A DNA stretch of 64,000 nucleotides from Candidatus Latescibacterota bacterium. Lineage in GTDB: Bacteria; Latescibacterota; UBA2968. The translations under genes were made by a program, and so were the position numbers. The notes beneath the pieces are model-generated. The model was not told the origin of the DNA and did not search any database. It worked only from the letters and a program-made list of their open reading frames with translations. This document shows, in pieces, positions 30,633-40,679 of this stretch. Within the stretch, counting starts at the first letter, position 1. Every line of letters begins with the position of its first letter. The stretch is taken from the NCBI GenBank assembly GCA_965207885.1, contig OZ242311.1, positions 4,512,001 to 4,576,000 of the forward strand, written 5' to 3'.

Positions 30633-30744
30633 AATATTTATCGCTCCTCAAAAAAGCCGAATATCTCTTTATTTTCCCGTGTTAAAAAAACGAGTGATTC
30701 CATGTGCTGTCAACCGAAAAGAGCGTAATATTTTTTTGTTAGGT

Positions 30745-30773
30745 TTGACAACTGTCATGTGACACATTACATT
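30745..30773 (+). promoter_or_regulatory. Sigma-70 promoter of higBA with internal palindromic operator
   Basis: TTGACA-17-TACATT, TGTCA-TG-TGACA in spacer, ATG 7 nt after -10. Confidence 0.7.
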
Positions 30774-30780
30774 AAAAATT

Positions 30781-31062
30781 ATGATACGCACCTTTGCCAA
30801 TAGAGAAACTCAGGAACTCTTTACTGAAGGACGATCACGACGTTTACCACCTGATATAATTAGAAGAGCCATTCGCCGTCTGGAATACATCGATCTGGCC
30901 GACACTCTGGACGATTTAAAGATTCCGCCGAGCAACCGTCTTCATCCCTTAAAAGGACGCAGAAGAGGACAACATTCTATTTCCATTAACACACAATGGC
31001 GAATCTGTTTTCGATTCATTGATGGCGATGCTTATGATGTCGAAATCACTGACTATCATTAG
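30781..31062 (+). CDS. higB: HigB family toxin
   Basis: PPSNRLHPLKG...HSISINTQWRICFRF...DYH. Confidence 0.92.
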   Translation: MIRTFANRETQELFTEGRSRRLPPDIIRRAIRRLEYIDLADTLDDLKIPPSNRLHPLKGRRRGQHSISINTQWRICFRFIDGDAYDVEITDYH

Positions 31063-31073
31063 GAGAAACCAAA

Positions 31074-31391
31074 ATGTCCATACCCAACATCCACAAACGT
31101 GAAATCCCACCAACACATCCCGGCGAGATGCTTCGAGAAGATTTCATGCCCGATTATCATTTGACCCCAACTTCACTCGCCTCTGCTCTGGGTGTTTCGC
31201 GTCAAACGGTTCATGACCTATTAAAAGAAAAACGCGCTGTCACACCTCTCATGGCCCTTCGATTATCCCGTCTATTTGGCAATTCCCCAGAATTTTGGTC
31301 GCGGGCACAGCAGTCAAGAAACCTGTGGGAATCTGAACGACAATATTTCAATGACCTCGATCACATTCATCCGCTTACACCGCAGTATTAA
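31074..31391 (+). CDS. higA: HigA family antitoxin
   Basis: PTHPGEMLREDF, HTH, MALRLSRLFGNSPEFW. Confidence 0.92.
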   Translation: MSIPNIHKREIPPTHPGEMLREDFMPDYHLTPTSLASALGVSRQTVHDLLKEKRAVTPLMALRLSRLFGNSPEFWSRAQQSRNLWESERQYFNDLDHIHPLTPQY

Positions 31392-31396
31392 ATTTA

Positions 31397-31439
31397 AAAA
31401 GAGCCGATCCATTTCCGGACCAGCTCTTTCACTTATGAC
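31397..31439. repeat. ~44-bp direct repeat (terminator-like hairpin), copy 1
   Basis: AAAAGAGCCGATCCATTTCCGGACCAGCTCTTTCACTTATGAC, near identical to 33753-33796. Confidence 0.85.
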
Positions 31440-31488
31440 ACCAATGGCAAACCCGCTTGGACAGACGAATCAGAAATTTTCTAACGCA

Positions 31489-33726
31489 TCAAAACGCAAA
31501 TCCGATTGCCGTATAAATCCGGATATCCTTTTTTTCTGTGCTCACAATATCAATGCGAATGGGGCCAAAAATCTTTGTGCTGATATAACTACCAATACCA
31601 AAACCGTGGATACGGGTATATGGCTGATCCGGATTGGAAGGCAAATTGTAAAGACCGCCCTGATAGAAAATTCCAACAGCACTGCGCGGTATGGATTCCC
31701 AAAATCTCAGGTGGCTCCAAATAGAAATGCCTGCTGAGACGAACCTGAAAGCTGACAGTTCATCTCGCCGGAGACCGACAACGCGCAATGCTGCGTTACT
31801 CAAGTGTCCTGCACCACCTAATGCGAAATTTTCCTCAAACGGTGCAGGCTGTGTCACATAGCCTCCGTGAGACCAGAGGCCCACACTCAATTGCGGATGG
31901 GGGCTGGCGAAGTACGCGAGTTGTGTTTGCACCTGCTTATGTAAAAATGTCCGATGAACCCATTTCCCCTGAGTTTGAAAATAGATGCCTTGTCTTGGCA
32001 CAAATACATCGTCTCGGGTGTCAATGCCTGCAGATAACCAGAAGGCAGGGAGATATTCAGATTCCAGGACCTGGATCGCATCGCGAATGAGCATATGTTC
32101 AACTTGATACCCCACGTTGAAACCTCCCCAACTATGGAACAAAACCTGCATGCCCAATCGAGCGCGAAGACGCCTCTCATTATACACGCCCTGGGATTGC
32201 TCTTCAAAAAAAGCCACCCGCTCTTGATTCCAGCCCTGAATCTCCCCGAGAAAACTCAGGCCCTTAAATGAGCGAAAAATTAAATTCATTTCAGCAAACT
32301 TCATAGTAGTACCCAATAGGCCGCGCAAATAAAACTCTACTGCGCGACCATAAACATTTTGATGTGCAAGCTCGGCCAGTGCCGAAACCCCAAAATCGTT
32401 GTCGTAACGAAGTCCCATTTTCAACTCACTTGGGGGGTTTTCAAGCACCTGAAAAACCAATTCGGTATAGTCTTCATGGTAGATAACCTGATAATCCACC
32501 GTTTGAAATAATCCGGTCGCATATAACCGGCCAGATTCGCGTTCCAGTTCCCGAAACGATGTCGGCTTATTGATGAACTTTTCCAACTCTGCAATGGAAA
32601 TGCCTCTTGTGTAGCGCTCTAAACCCTCAATCCGTACCCTGTCAATCACAATATCCGATGGTATATCCGCCCAGGTTCTAAAATCAAAATCATCTGGCAA
32701 CATCGATGGTCTTGCCTTTTCAACGCGCTTTGAAATTCCAAGCACTTGCAGAGTTTTCCAGATTGAATCCAGATGTTTCTCGGCTTCTTCTTCACCAAGC
32801 GGAATCACTGTATGTGAGCGATTAAAATCGCCGCTATCAAATCCCTTTAAATCGGGCACCATCAACACGTGGGCGAGTTGTCGATGTGCCATTTTTTTTT
32901 CTTCAATTCGAAAACTAACAGCCTGATCAATGACGTCAATGATATCTTCAAATTCGTGTTTTTGAGTGCGCAAAGGCGTGGCACAATCCACGGCAATAAC
33001 AAAATCAGCACCAGCGTCTAATGCGACATCTACAGGCAAGTTATTGACAATGCCGCCATCTACGAGAAGAGTTTTTTCTGTACTCACTGGCACAAACACT
33101 CCCGGGATAGAAATACTCGCTCTGATTGCTGTGCCGAGCGAGCCATTTTTAATCACGACCTGTTCGCCAGCTACAATATCTGTTGCAATTGCGCGGAAAG
33201 GCGTTGGCAACCGATCAAAATCGTTTCGCGCCCGATAAGTTGCGCCAATAGTCAATTGATAGAGAAAATGCTGAATCTTTTGCCCCGCAAAAACCCCATA
33301 AGGCAATTTTAGATCAAATTTATCGAGGCGCAATGCAAGCATCTGGCGATCAACTATTGGTTTGCGATGCAAATTCAACAGACGGCGATCAGGGCTATTG
33401 CTGGTCATTTCCCCCCAATCTGTTTCTACAACAATGCGTTCAAGATCATCAACAGAATATCCGGCAGCATACAATCCTCCCACCAGAGCACCATAACTTG
33501 CGCCCACGATCAAATCAATGGGAATGCCTTCGCGCTCGAGCACGCGCAACACGCCGATATGTACCCCTCCACGCGCGCCTCCCCCGCTGAGCACCAGTGC
33601 GACCCGGGGCCTCTGTTTTGCAAAAGCAGGAAGCGCGATAGACGGAGCAAAACCGAAACACAACAAAAAAACAAATAGGCTTTGAACTATGCCGTATTTT
33701 GTTACATATAACTTTTTGCCTGTCAT
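31489..33726 (-). CDS. Patatin phospholipase-POTRA-Omp85 barrel protein (PlpD-like, type Vd)
   Basis: Signal peptide, GGGARG, GASYG, DGG, POTRA-like segment, C-terminal GPIR...IGFAF. Confidence 0.85.
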   Translation of the reverse strand: MTGKKLYVTKYGIVQSLFVFLLCFGFAPSIALPAFAKQRPRVALVLSGGGARGGVHIGVLRVLEREGIPIDLIVGASYGALVGGLYAAGYSVDDLERIVVETDWGEMTSNSPDRRLLNLHRKPIVDRQMLALRLDKFDLKLPYGVFAGQKIQHFLYQLTIGATYRARNDFDRLPTPFRAIATDIVAGEQVVIKNGSLGTAIRASISIPGVFVPVSTEKTLLVDGGIVNNLPVDVALDAGADFVIAVDCATPLRTQKHEFEDIIDVIDQAVSFRIEEKKMAHRQLAHVLMVPDLKGFDSGDFNRSHTVIPLGEEEAEKHLDSIWKTLQVLGISKRVEKARPSMLPDDFDFRTWADIPSDIVIDRVRIEGLERYTRGISIAELEKFINKPTSFRELERESGRLYATGLFQTVDYQVIYHEDYTELVFQVLENPPSELKMGLRYDNDFGVSALAELAHQNVYGRAVEFYLRGLLGTTMKFAEMNLIFRSFKGLSFLGEIQGWNQERVAFFEEQSQGVYNERRLRARLGMQVLFHSWGGFNVGYQVEHMLIRDAIQVLESEYLPAFWLSAGIDTRDDVFVPRQGIYFQTQGKWVHRTFLHKQVQTQLAYFASPHPQLSVGLWSHGGYVTQPAPFEENFALGGAGHLSNAALRVVGLRRDELSAFRFVSAGISIWSHLRFWESIPRSAVGIFYQGGLYNLPSNPDQPYTRIHGFGIGSYISTKIFGPIRIDIVSTEKKDIRIYTAIGFAF

Positions 33727-33752
33727 CTGGCTTTCTCGGCTTTGAAAGATTG

Positions 33753-33796
33753 AAAAGAGCCGATCCATTTCCGGACCGGCTCTTTTCAATTATGAC
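33753..33796. repeat. ~44-bp direct repeat (terminator-like hairpin), copy 2
   Basis: AAAAGAGCCGATCCATTTCCGGACCGGCTCTTTTCAATTATGAC. Confidence 0.85.
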
Positions 33797-33814
33797 CTCA
33801 ATAATAGGGCCTCT

Positions 33815-34561
33815 CTACCCCTCATCATAATCAGTCAATGGACGGATCCAGATATTCCGATAGCGCACGGGATCTCCGTGATCTTGTAGCATCAACGGCC
33901 CGGTAGGCCCGTGTGGCGTATCGTAATTCGACACATTCCTGTGCCCGGTCGGTCCCATAGCCTCTTTGCGGTTGTGCAACACGACACCATTCAAAAACAC
34001 CGTCAAATAAGCGGGCTTCACCAGTGAATCGCCATCGTATTCCGGTGTTTCAAAAACAATATCATAAGCCTGCCATTCACCCGGCGGACGCGTCGCATTC
34101 ACCAGCGGCGAAAACTGACTGTAAATCGCGCCCGTCGTACCATCGGAATACGTCGGATTGTCATATCCATCCAGCACCTGCACCTCGTATTTCCCGATCA
34201 AAAACACACCGCTATTTCCCCGCCCCTGACTGCTGCCGCGCACTTCTGATGGACAGGCAAACTCTATGTGCAACTGCACGCTCCCAAACTCATCTTTTGT
34301 CTGGATATTTCCCGTACGGGGATTCACCTCTACATACCCATTCTCCACTGTCCAGGTTGGATCTCCACCATCGCGACTCTGCCAACTGGACAAATCCGTA
34401 CCATCAAATAGCACCACGGCATCCGATGGCGCATCACCTGCACTTGCACCCGGCGTCACCACGCGCGGTGCTGGACGATTCTTATCGTGAACTCGCCACG
34501 GTTGATTGGGCAACATCGGCGTATCGTCATACCCCACCGGCGTGTGTTTTTCTGCTGCCAT
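33815..34561 (-). CDS. DUF1080 (3-keto-disaccharide hydrolase) family
   Basis: LFDG, GNSGV, YEVQVLD, LQDHG, YRNIWIR. Confidence 0.9.
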   Translation of the reverse strand: MAAEKHTPVGYDDTPMLPNQPWRVHDKNRPAPRVVTPGASAGDAPSDAVVLFDGTDLSSWQSRDGGDPTWTVENGYVEVNPRTGNIQTKDEFGSVQLHIEFACPSEVRGSSQGRGNSGVFLIGKYEVQVLDGYDNPTYSDGTTGAIYSQFSPLVNATRPPGEWQAYDIVFETPEYDGDSLVKPAYLTVFLNGVVLHNRKEAMGPTGHRNVSNYDTPHGPTGPLMLQDHGDPVRYRNIWIRPLTDYDEG

Positions 34562-34766
34562 TTCGTTTCCTTTCTAAAATGAAGTGAATATTTTATCGTG
34601 AAACCATGATCATAAAAATACAAAGATGTGTCAAGCGGGATTACAAATACAGATCGCGCTCGCAATTTATCGCATTAAATGAATCATTACCCCGTGTTTA
34701 CCTGTCCATATATTAAGACAGCCAAAATAATTTGGTTTATTGCCCAAACGCGCTTAAGGACAAATC

Positions 34767-35741
34767 ATGAAAATTCTCCGCACAGAACAAAACGTTCCAT
34801 CTCTTCCAAAACCCAACCAGTGTCGCGTTGTGTACTCCGATAAACTCCCACCCGTTGAACTAATTACCGCAACATTTGTATATGCATTCGACGGAGACCG
34901 CTTGCTCATGACACATCTCAAATCGCGCGGCTGGGACCTGCCCGGCGGCCATATTGAATCTGGCGAAACACCTGATCGTGCAGCCCGTCGAGAAGTCTAT
35001 GAAGAAACAGGCGCCCGTCTAAATCGAATAAGCATTTTCGCCCACATCCACATGCACATTGACGGACCTGAACCTGATAATTACGCTTATCCTTATCCCG
35101 ATTCCTACATGGTCTTTTACTGGGCACATATTGACACACTTGAAAATTTTAACGAAACCGACGAAGCATGCGAACGCGGTCTATTTGGCCCCGAACGAGC
35201 GCGACAAACCCATTATATCACGAACAACCGGGAACTCTATCACACTGCATTTGAATGCGCCGTTGACCTGACCCCCAAACCCGAAGCTTCCTGGAAATAC
35301 AAAGCCTTTGCTCTCATCCTCCGTCCAGATAATTTGGGATACAAACTCCTCGCCCTTCACTTTGAAGACACACCTGCAATGCCCCTGCGTTTTCCCGGCG
35401 GGAATTTGGACCCGGGCGAAACCCCAGAAGAAGCTATGTATCGCGAACTCTACGAAGAATCGGGCCTGGGGCGCTTAAAAATCCTTCGCAAACTCGGCGT
35501 TCACCACTATTACAAATACTATATCCAATCCAATGTCGAACGGCACGACTATCTCCTCCTCGCCCCGCGCAACACCCCCGACCAATGGGCCCATATCGTC
35601 ACAGGAGAGGACGCCGACGCCGATTACACCTTCAACTACCAGTGGATAGAAGCCGATGAAATCGATAGCCTCTCCGACGAACTCAACACATTTGTCACAC
35701 CCGAACACATTCCCGAACTATTCAATAATAAATCCCACTGA
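34767..35741 (+). CDS. Tandem double NUDIX hydrolase
   Basis: Two Nudix boxes: GGHIESGETPDRAARREVYEETG and GGNLDPGETPEEAMYRELYEESG. Confidence 0.88.
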   Translation: MKILRTEQNVPSLPKPNQCRVVYSDKLPPVELITATFVYAFDGDRLLMTHLKSRGWDLPGGHIESGETPDRAARREVYEETGARLNRISIFAHIHMHIDGPEPDNYAYPYPDSYMVFYWAHIDTLENFNETDEACERGLFGPERARQTHYITNNRELYHTAFECAVDLTPKPEASWKYKAFALILRPDNLGYKLLALHFEDTPAMPLRFPGGNLDPGETPEEAMYRELYEESGLGRLKILRKLGVHHYYKYYIQSNVERHDYLLLAPRNTPDQWAHIVTGEDADADYTFNYQWIEADEIDSLSDELNTFVTPEHIPELFNNKSH

Positions 35742-36510
35742 TATCCCACCCAAAGACAGACACATCTACCCATCCGTTACCGTCCCCTCCTGCATTGATC
35801 TCAACACCCTCGCACTCCAGCAACGCTCGCTGATTATCTACATGCGGTGTCAAATACCCTTTTGAATCCAAAATGCGATGCAGGGGATACGCCTGTCCTG
35901 TCACGCGCTTCATATAGGTGGGCAACACGCGGTAATACGAACGCGACACCCCCAGAACATCCACAATCTGCTTATACGTCATCACCTTCCCAAAGGGAAT
36001 CTGCTTTACAACCCAAAAAAATCGATTCGAAGTGCGATCGGGCACAGGATCATAACACCTGGACAAAACCCTGACCGGATCGCCTTCACAAACGACACCA
36101 CCCGTCAACACCACAGCCAAAAACCCCCTCTGATTCACCAATGACTGAATCGGTTTTACGCCCAACGTCCCGATATACTTGCACACCTCACAATGATACG
36201 TCAGCCGAACTGTAGCGGAATCCCCGAATTGCAACACCGACCCCGATGGCAAATCGTCCAGCGGCAACCCGGAGACAACTATATTCTCTCGCAAATCACC
36301 CGGCTGCAATTTGAACTTATTCAGAGTCTCCAGAGCAACCAAAAGCACCTGCCGCGGACCAACAACACCTGCATTCGCATCGCCTTCAATGCCAAACCGA
36401 GAGCGCAGCAAAAATTTACCATCGCGCGGTCTGGATAAAGGCATCCCCTTCTCTATCTTACTGAATAAAGAAATGACGCGCCCCTGTGTATCTATCTGCA
36501 CACTTTCCAT
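35722..36510 (-). CDS. MOSC domain fused to MGMT/ATL-like DNA-binding domain
   Basis: GIEGD...RQV...RENI...CEVC MOSC; VKQIPFGKVMTYKQI...PLHRI...QRALLECEGV ATL. Confidence 0.75.
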   Translation of the reverse strand: MESVQIDTQGRVISLFSKIEKGMPLSRPRDGKFLLRSRFGIEGDANAGVVGPRQVLLVALETLNKFKLQPGDLRENIVVSGLPLDDLPSGSVLQFGDSATVRLTYHCEVCKYIGTLGVKPIQSLVNQRGFLAVVLTGGVVCEGDPVRVLSRCYDPVPDRTSNRFFWVVKQIPFGKVMTYKQIVDVLGVSRSYYRVLPTYMKRVTGQAYPLHRILDSKGYLTPHVDNQRALLECEGVEINAGGDGNGWVDVSVFGWDISGIYY

Positions 36511-37175
36511 TATCCCGACATCCATCCACCTGCGACCCGTGCCAACTCTTCCATCACGGGTTCATCGGTATTTCGCCGCTTCAGAATTTTAAATCCGTGA
36601 TCCGCGGTATCCACCACCTGAAGCATCGCACCCTTCAGATTATCCACCACCGGTTGCAACAGTTCTAAATTCGCCATCTTATCCCGCTGACCCGATAAAA
36701 ACAGCATCGGTACGCGTACACCCTTCAAATGCTCGGCGCGCTCTGTATTTGGCTTACTCGAATACAGCGGAAAAGCGAAAAACACAATACCCTTCAGCCC
36801 GTCAACAGGTTCTTCGGCACAAGCCATTGACACCATCCGCCCGCTCATCGAATGCCCGCCGGCAAAAACCGGCAATCCGCGTGCCTGCTTCATCCCCATC
36901 TCTATAGCCGCCCGCACCGTTGCCAACCGCACCTTCTCCCCATCCATACCACCACCGCCCCTCTCGGAATAGGGATAATTGAAGCGCAAAGTCGCAATCC
37001 CCACATCGTTCAATGCATCGCTCAGTTCCTGCATAAAAAGATGCCGCATATTCGTCCCCGACCCGTGACCCAATACCAACAATGCCTTTGCCCCATGTGG
37101 TCGCGCGTACAAAGCCGACACCTCACCCTTTTCTTCGGTCGCAATAAATTTCAACTCCTTCGGTTCAACAGCCAT
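36510..37175 (-). CDS. Alpha/beta hydrolase (KANL3/Tex30-like)
   Basis: HGSG, GHSMSGR, GQRD, ADHGF. Confidence 0.82.
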   Translation of the reverse strand: MAVEPKELKFIATEEKGEVSALYARPHGAKALLVLGHGSGTNMRHLFMQELSDALNDVGIATLRFNYPYSERGGGGMDGEKVRLATVRAAIEMGMKQARGLPVFAGGHSMSGRMVSMACAEEPVDGLKGIVFFAFPLYSSKPNTERAEHLKGVRVPMLFLSGQRDKMANLELLQPVVDNLKGAMLQVVDTADHGFKILKRRNTDEPVMEELARVAGGWMSG

Positions 37176-37896
37176 TTAGGTCTCCTCTCCTATCCATGTA
37201 ATATGAGAAGCCCGCGGCGTAGCGCAAAGCGGGCCACAGCGATCATCCGTCAACTTTAGCTTTACCAAATAGCCCGTAAAGCCCACAGCCTTGATACACA
37301 AGCCCTAATCTCTCCACCAAAACGGGGTAACTCCAGAGATCTCAACGCGGCGATAAACATTCACAGGTGGGGACGTTCACCTATGCAGGAGGCCGCGTAA
37401 GACTGGGCTTGTATAGACAGCAACGGCTGTTGATCGCACAATCCCTGCTGAAGCAACGGGGTTTAGAATCCCACAGGCTTCAGACGTGGGAGTACGTCAA
37501 AACAATGGGATCACCCGACTCAACTGCCCGATTAACCTGTGCCCAATCGAGATGTCCCAGACGAATTTTGAGCCGCCGAAACATCTCAAAATCACCCGAA
37601 TCTCGCACCATCCCCCAGGAAAGATAAAAAAAGCGGTCCGCGGGCCTACCCTGTGCATAAGGACCCAAAAAATTGGGCGAACCATCGGGTTTCTCACCAA
37701 CCCTGAACTCGGGATAAAATACCACCTCGCGGCGATCTGCGGGTACCTGATCAATAACCTCTTTGCCATGCTGTATGCCGAGGTAAACAGGTTCTTTAAC
37801 CTCGGGATCGTGACCGTATGGATCTTCAAAACGCGTACCGGGCAATTCGGTACAAATCACTTTTAATTTCAAACATGTATTGGTTATTTTTCGCAT
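37176..37896 (-). pseudogene. DUF5990 family gene interrupted by an IS200/IS605-type element
   Basis: GPYAQGRPADRFFYLSWG...MFRRLKI; the frame resumes after the insert as VKLKLTDDRCGPLCATPRASHITWIGEET*, with the stop abutting the next ATG. Confidence 0.8.
37266..37500 (+). mobile_element. Non-autonomous IS200/IS605 (IS608-like) element with tnpB 3' remnant and likely omega-RNA scaffold
   Basis: Inserted 3' of TTTAC, ends in a TCCCAC/GTGGGA hairpin then GTACGTCAA, no TSD, encodes RDLNAAINI. Confidence 0.85.
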
Positions 37897-37921
37897 ACAT
37901 AGCTCCATTAATCTACTGGAA

Positions 37922-38248
37922 TTAGAAAACAGCGACCTGGATATATCCATCTTTTTGATTTTTGGGTTTCTGCTTTACGGTCAAGGTAACATTTTGATCG
38001 AGTTTGGTGAGCCAGCCCATCAAACGATCAAAAGTAAATCGTCGAAGTTCACGCCCTCGTTTTAGTTTTGAGATGTAAGACTGATCGGTGCCGAGAATTT
38101 GGGCTGCTTCGATTTGTGTTAGCCTTCGTTCCTCGATAAGCCTGAGAATGGCCACCGCGAGTTTGGCTTTTGCATGCATACCATCTGAATCCTCGACGTT
38201 GAGATCGGCAAAAATATTGCCACTACCGTTCTTAATTATATTTGCCAT
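37922..38248 (-). CDS. XRE/HTH_37 family regulator (orphan antitoxin-like)
   Basis: GSGNIFADL, LTQIEAAQILGTDQSYISKL. Confidence 0.85.
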   Translation of the reverse strand: MANIIKNGSGNIFADLNVEDSDGMHAKAKLAVAILRLIEERRLTQIEAAQILGTDQSYISKLKRGRELRRFTFDRLMGWLTKLDQNVTLTVKQKPKNQKDGYIQVAVF

Positions 38249-38348
38249 CGTTTATACTCCTTTGTGATATTTAATTATGTCCTAAAAGCCATAAAATTGC
38301 AAGGAATAAAAGAGCGATTTTGCCGTTTTCTATAAACAAAAACCATAC

Positions 38349-38377
38349 TTGCATCAATAGATAGAACTGCGTATAGT
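38349..38377 (+). promoter_or_regulatory. Sigma-70 promoter
   Basis: TTGCAT-17-TATAGT upstream of sulfatase. Confidence 0.55.
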
Positions 38378-38429
38378 GTGTATCTAAATAATTCGGCGCA
38401 GGCTCAACGCAATCATTCAAAGGAGACCT

Positions 38430-39788
38430 ATGCAACCCAACATCATCTTGATCAACTGCGACGACCTCGGCTACGGTGACCTCGGCAGTTACGGCTCAAC
38501 AATCAACAAAACGCCAGCACTCGACAAAATGGCTGCAGAAGGCATAAAATTCACCGACTTCTACATGGCATCTCCCGTTTGTTCGCCCTCTCGAGGAGCC
38601 ATGCTCACGGGCTGTTATCCTCCCCGCATTGGCTTTGGCTCTTTTGACGGGCGCTGGGTCCTCTTCCCCGGCCAGGGTGTGGGATTAAATTCCAGCGAAA
38701 TCACCATCGCCAAACTCCTCAAAAACAAAGGCTACGCCACCAAAATAGTCGGCAAATGGCACTGCGGAGATCAGCCAGAATTTCTGCCCACCCGTCACGG
38801 ATTCGACAGCTATTACGGCATCCCCTATAGCAACGACATGGGGATACAAAAAGAAGACGACAAAAATCCACCCCTGCCCTTATTGCGCGACGAGGAAGTC
38901 ATCCAGGCACAACCCGACCAGCGCGGCATCACCGAACGCTACGTCGAAGAATGCGTCCGCTTCATGCGCGACAACAAAGACCAGCCCTTCTTCCTCTACC
39001 TCGCCCACATGCACGTCCACCTGCCCCACTATCCCCCCGAAGCCTTTGTCCGCGAATCTGAAAACGGCGTATATGGCGCGGCCGTCGCCTGTATTGACTG
39101 GGCAGCCGCCGTCATCTTCGACGAACTCAAAACCCTGGGACTCGATGACGACACCCTCGTCATCTTCACCAGCGACAACGGCTCGCGCGCCCGCGACGAA
39201 GGCGGCAGCAACAGCCCTTTGCGCGCCACCAAAGGCACCACATGGGAAGGCGGTCAGCGCGTGCCGTGCATTATGCGATGGCCCGGCAAAATCCCCGCAG
39301 GCGAAGTGTGCAGCGAACTGACGATATCCATGGACTTTTACCCCACGCTTGCAGTTCTCGGTGGTGCAGAAGTACCCACCGACCGCATCATCGACGGCAA
39401 AGACATCCGCCCGTTCATGTTCGCAGAAAAAGGCGCAACATCGCAACACGAATCTTTCTTTTACTACAAACGCAACAGCATCGAAGCCGTGCGGAGCGGC
39501 AAATGGAAACTCCACATCCGTAAAGACGATCAAGAAATCAGGGAACTATACGACCTCGAAGCCGACATCGGTGAAACCAATGACATAAGCGAACAACACC
39601 CCGACATCGTGCGGGATCTCAGAGCGCAAATTGACGCCTGTCGCAAAGACCTCGGAGACGATGCCGCTGGCATAACAGGCGAAAACATCCGCCCCGCTGG
39701 CCGCGTTGAAAACCCCGATACCCTTACGCATCTCGACCGCGACCATCCCTATATGATCGCCATTTACGACCTCAAAGAACGGGGGTAA
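38430..39788 (+). CDS. Arylsulfatase A-like sulfatase
   Basis: [28 protein letters not shown]. Confidence 0.92.
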   Translation: MQPNIILINCDDLGYGDLGSYGSTINKTPALDKMAAEGIKFTDFYMASPVCSPSRGAMLTGCYPPRIGFGSFDGRWVLFPGQGVGLNSSEITIAKLLKNKGYATKIVGKWHCGDQPEFLPTRHGFDSYYGIPYSNDMGIQKEDDKNPPLPLLRDEEVIQAQPDQRGITERYVEECVRFMRDNKDQPFFLYLAHMHVHLPHYPPEAFVRESENGVYGAAVACIDWAAAVIFDELKTLGLDDDTLVIFTSDNGSRARDEGGSNSPLRATKGTTWEGGQRVPCIMRWPGKIPAGEVCSELTISMDFYPTLAVLGGAEVPTDRIIDGKDIRPFMFAEKGATSQHESFFYYKRNSIEAVRSGKWKLHIRKDDQEIRELYDLEADIGETNDISEQHPDIVRDLRAQIDACRKDLGDDAAGITGENIRPAGRVENPDTLTHLDRDHPYMIAIYDLKERG

Positions 39789-39789
39789 T

Positions 39790-40539
39790 ATGGTCCTCAC
39801 GCCCGAACAAATTGCCGAATTCAAAGCATTGGGATATACCCTCGTACCCAATCTAATCAATCCCCCGGTATTGGACAATTGGCGCACGCAAATTCGCGCT
39901 AAATTCGGCGATCTCTCTGACCCCGCCCAACAAAACGCCGCAGGACCGCCCCAACAACATCGCGAAGACATCACCATATTGAGAGGCTTTCGCTTTTCCC
40001 CAAAAGAAACACAACTCGTCAACCAGCCCAAAGTCAAAGCCATTGTCGATCACATGAGCGATGGACAATTTTGCGGAGAAGACGGCAACCTGCGCCTGCT
40101 CTTGCCCGAACCCGAATGCGAATGGTGCTTGCCAGAGCGCGGGCACATCGACGGTTATCTCGGCAGACGGCGCACCATGCCTTTTCTCCTCGGATTGGCG
40201 ACCTATATCTACGACGTGGAACCGCACGGCGGAGGCACGGTCTTCTGGCCGCGCAGCCATATCAAATCATGGGAATTTCTTCGCAAATACCCCGATCACC
40301 TCAACCACAGCTTTAGAGAACACCCCGAATATCTCAACCTGGTCAAAGATATTCAACCCGTTGAACTGCATGCAAAAGCGGGCGACGTCATCTTCTGGCA
40401 CTGCAACATCCTGCACGAAACCTCTCAAAACACCAGCAACAACATCCGCTATGGTCTTTTCGCCCGCCTGCCTCACAAAGACCAGGAGACATTCCGAGAC
40501 GAAATACCCGATGACCTCTGGAAACGTTGGCGAATATAG
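39790..40539 (+). CDS. PhyH-family 2OG-Fe(II) dioxygenase
   Basis: HID, PRSH, ILHE, IRY. Confidence 0.82.
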   Translation: MVLTPEQIAEFKALGYTLVPNLINPPVLDNWRTQIRAKFGDLSDPAQQNAAGPPQQHREDITILRGFRFSPKETQLVNQPKVKAIVDHMSDGQFCGEDGNLRLLLPEPECEWCLPERGHIDGYLGRRRTMPFLLGLATYIYDVEPHGGGTVFWPRSHIKSWEFLRKYPDHLNHSFREHPEYLNLVKDIQPVELHAKAGDVIFWHCNILHETSQNTSNNIRYGLFARLPHKDQETFRDEIPDDLWKRWRI

Positions 40540-40606
40540 GTAAGAGGTAAAAGGTGAGACGTAAGAGGTAAGAGAGACTTTGCCAAAGCCATCCAACCCA
40601 AAGGCG

Positions 40607-40641
40607 AAAAAAATAAAGCCAGGTTAGCTGGTTAACCTGGC
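40607..40641 (-). terminator. Intrinsic terminator
   Basis: GCCAGGTTA/TAACCTGGC stem followed by T-run on minus strand. Confidence 0.6.
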
Positions 40642-40679
40642 CGTTCAAAGAGCACTCGTATCAAAAAAACAAACCGCCA

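Noticed and set aside
37367-37627. 86-aa ORF as a functional transposase/TnpB
   Set aside because: Crosses the element boundary, has no motifs, and the tnpB remnant is in another frame and only ~20 codons
40540-40577. Degenerate GTAAGAG heptamer run
   Set aside because: Five imperfect units typical of generic intergenic short repeats; no further structure
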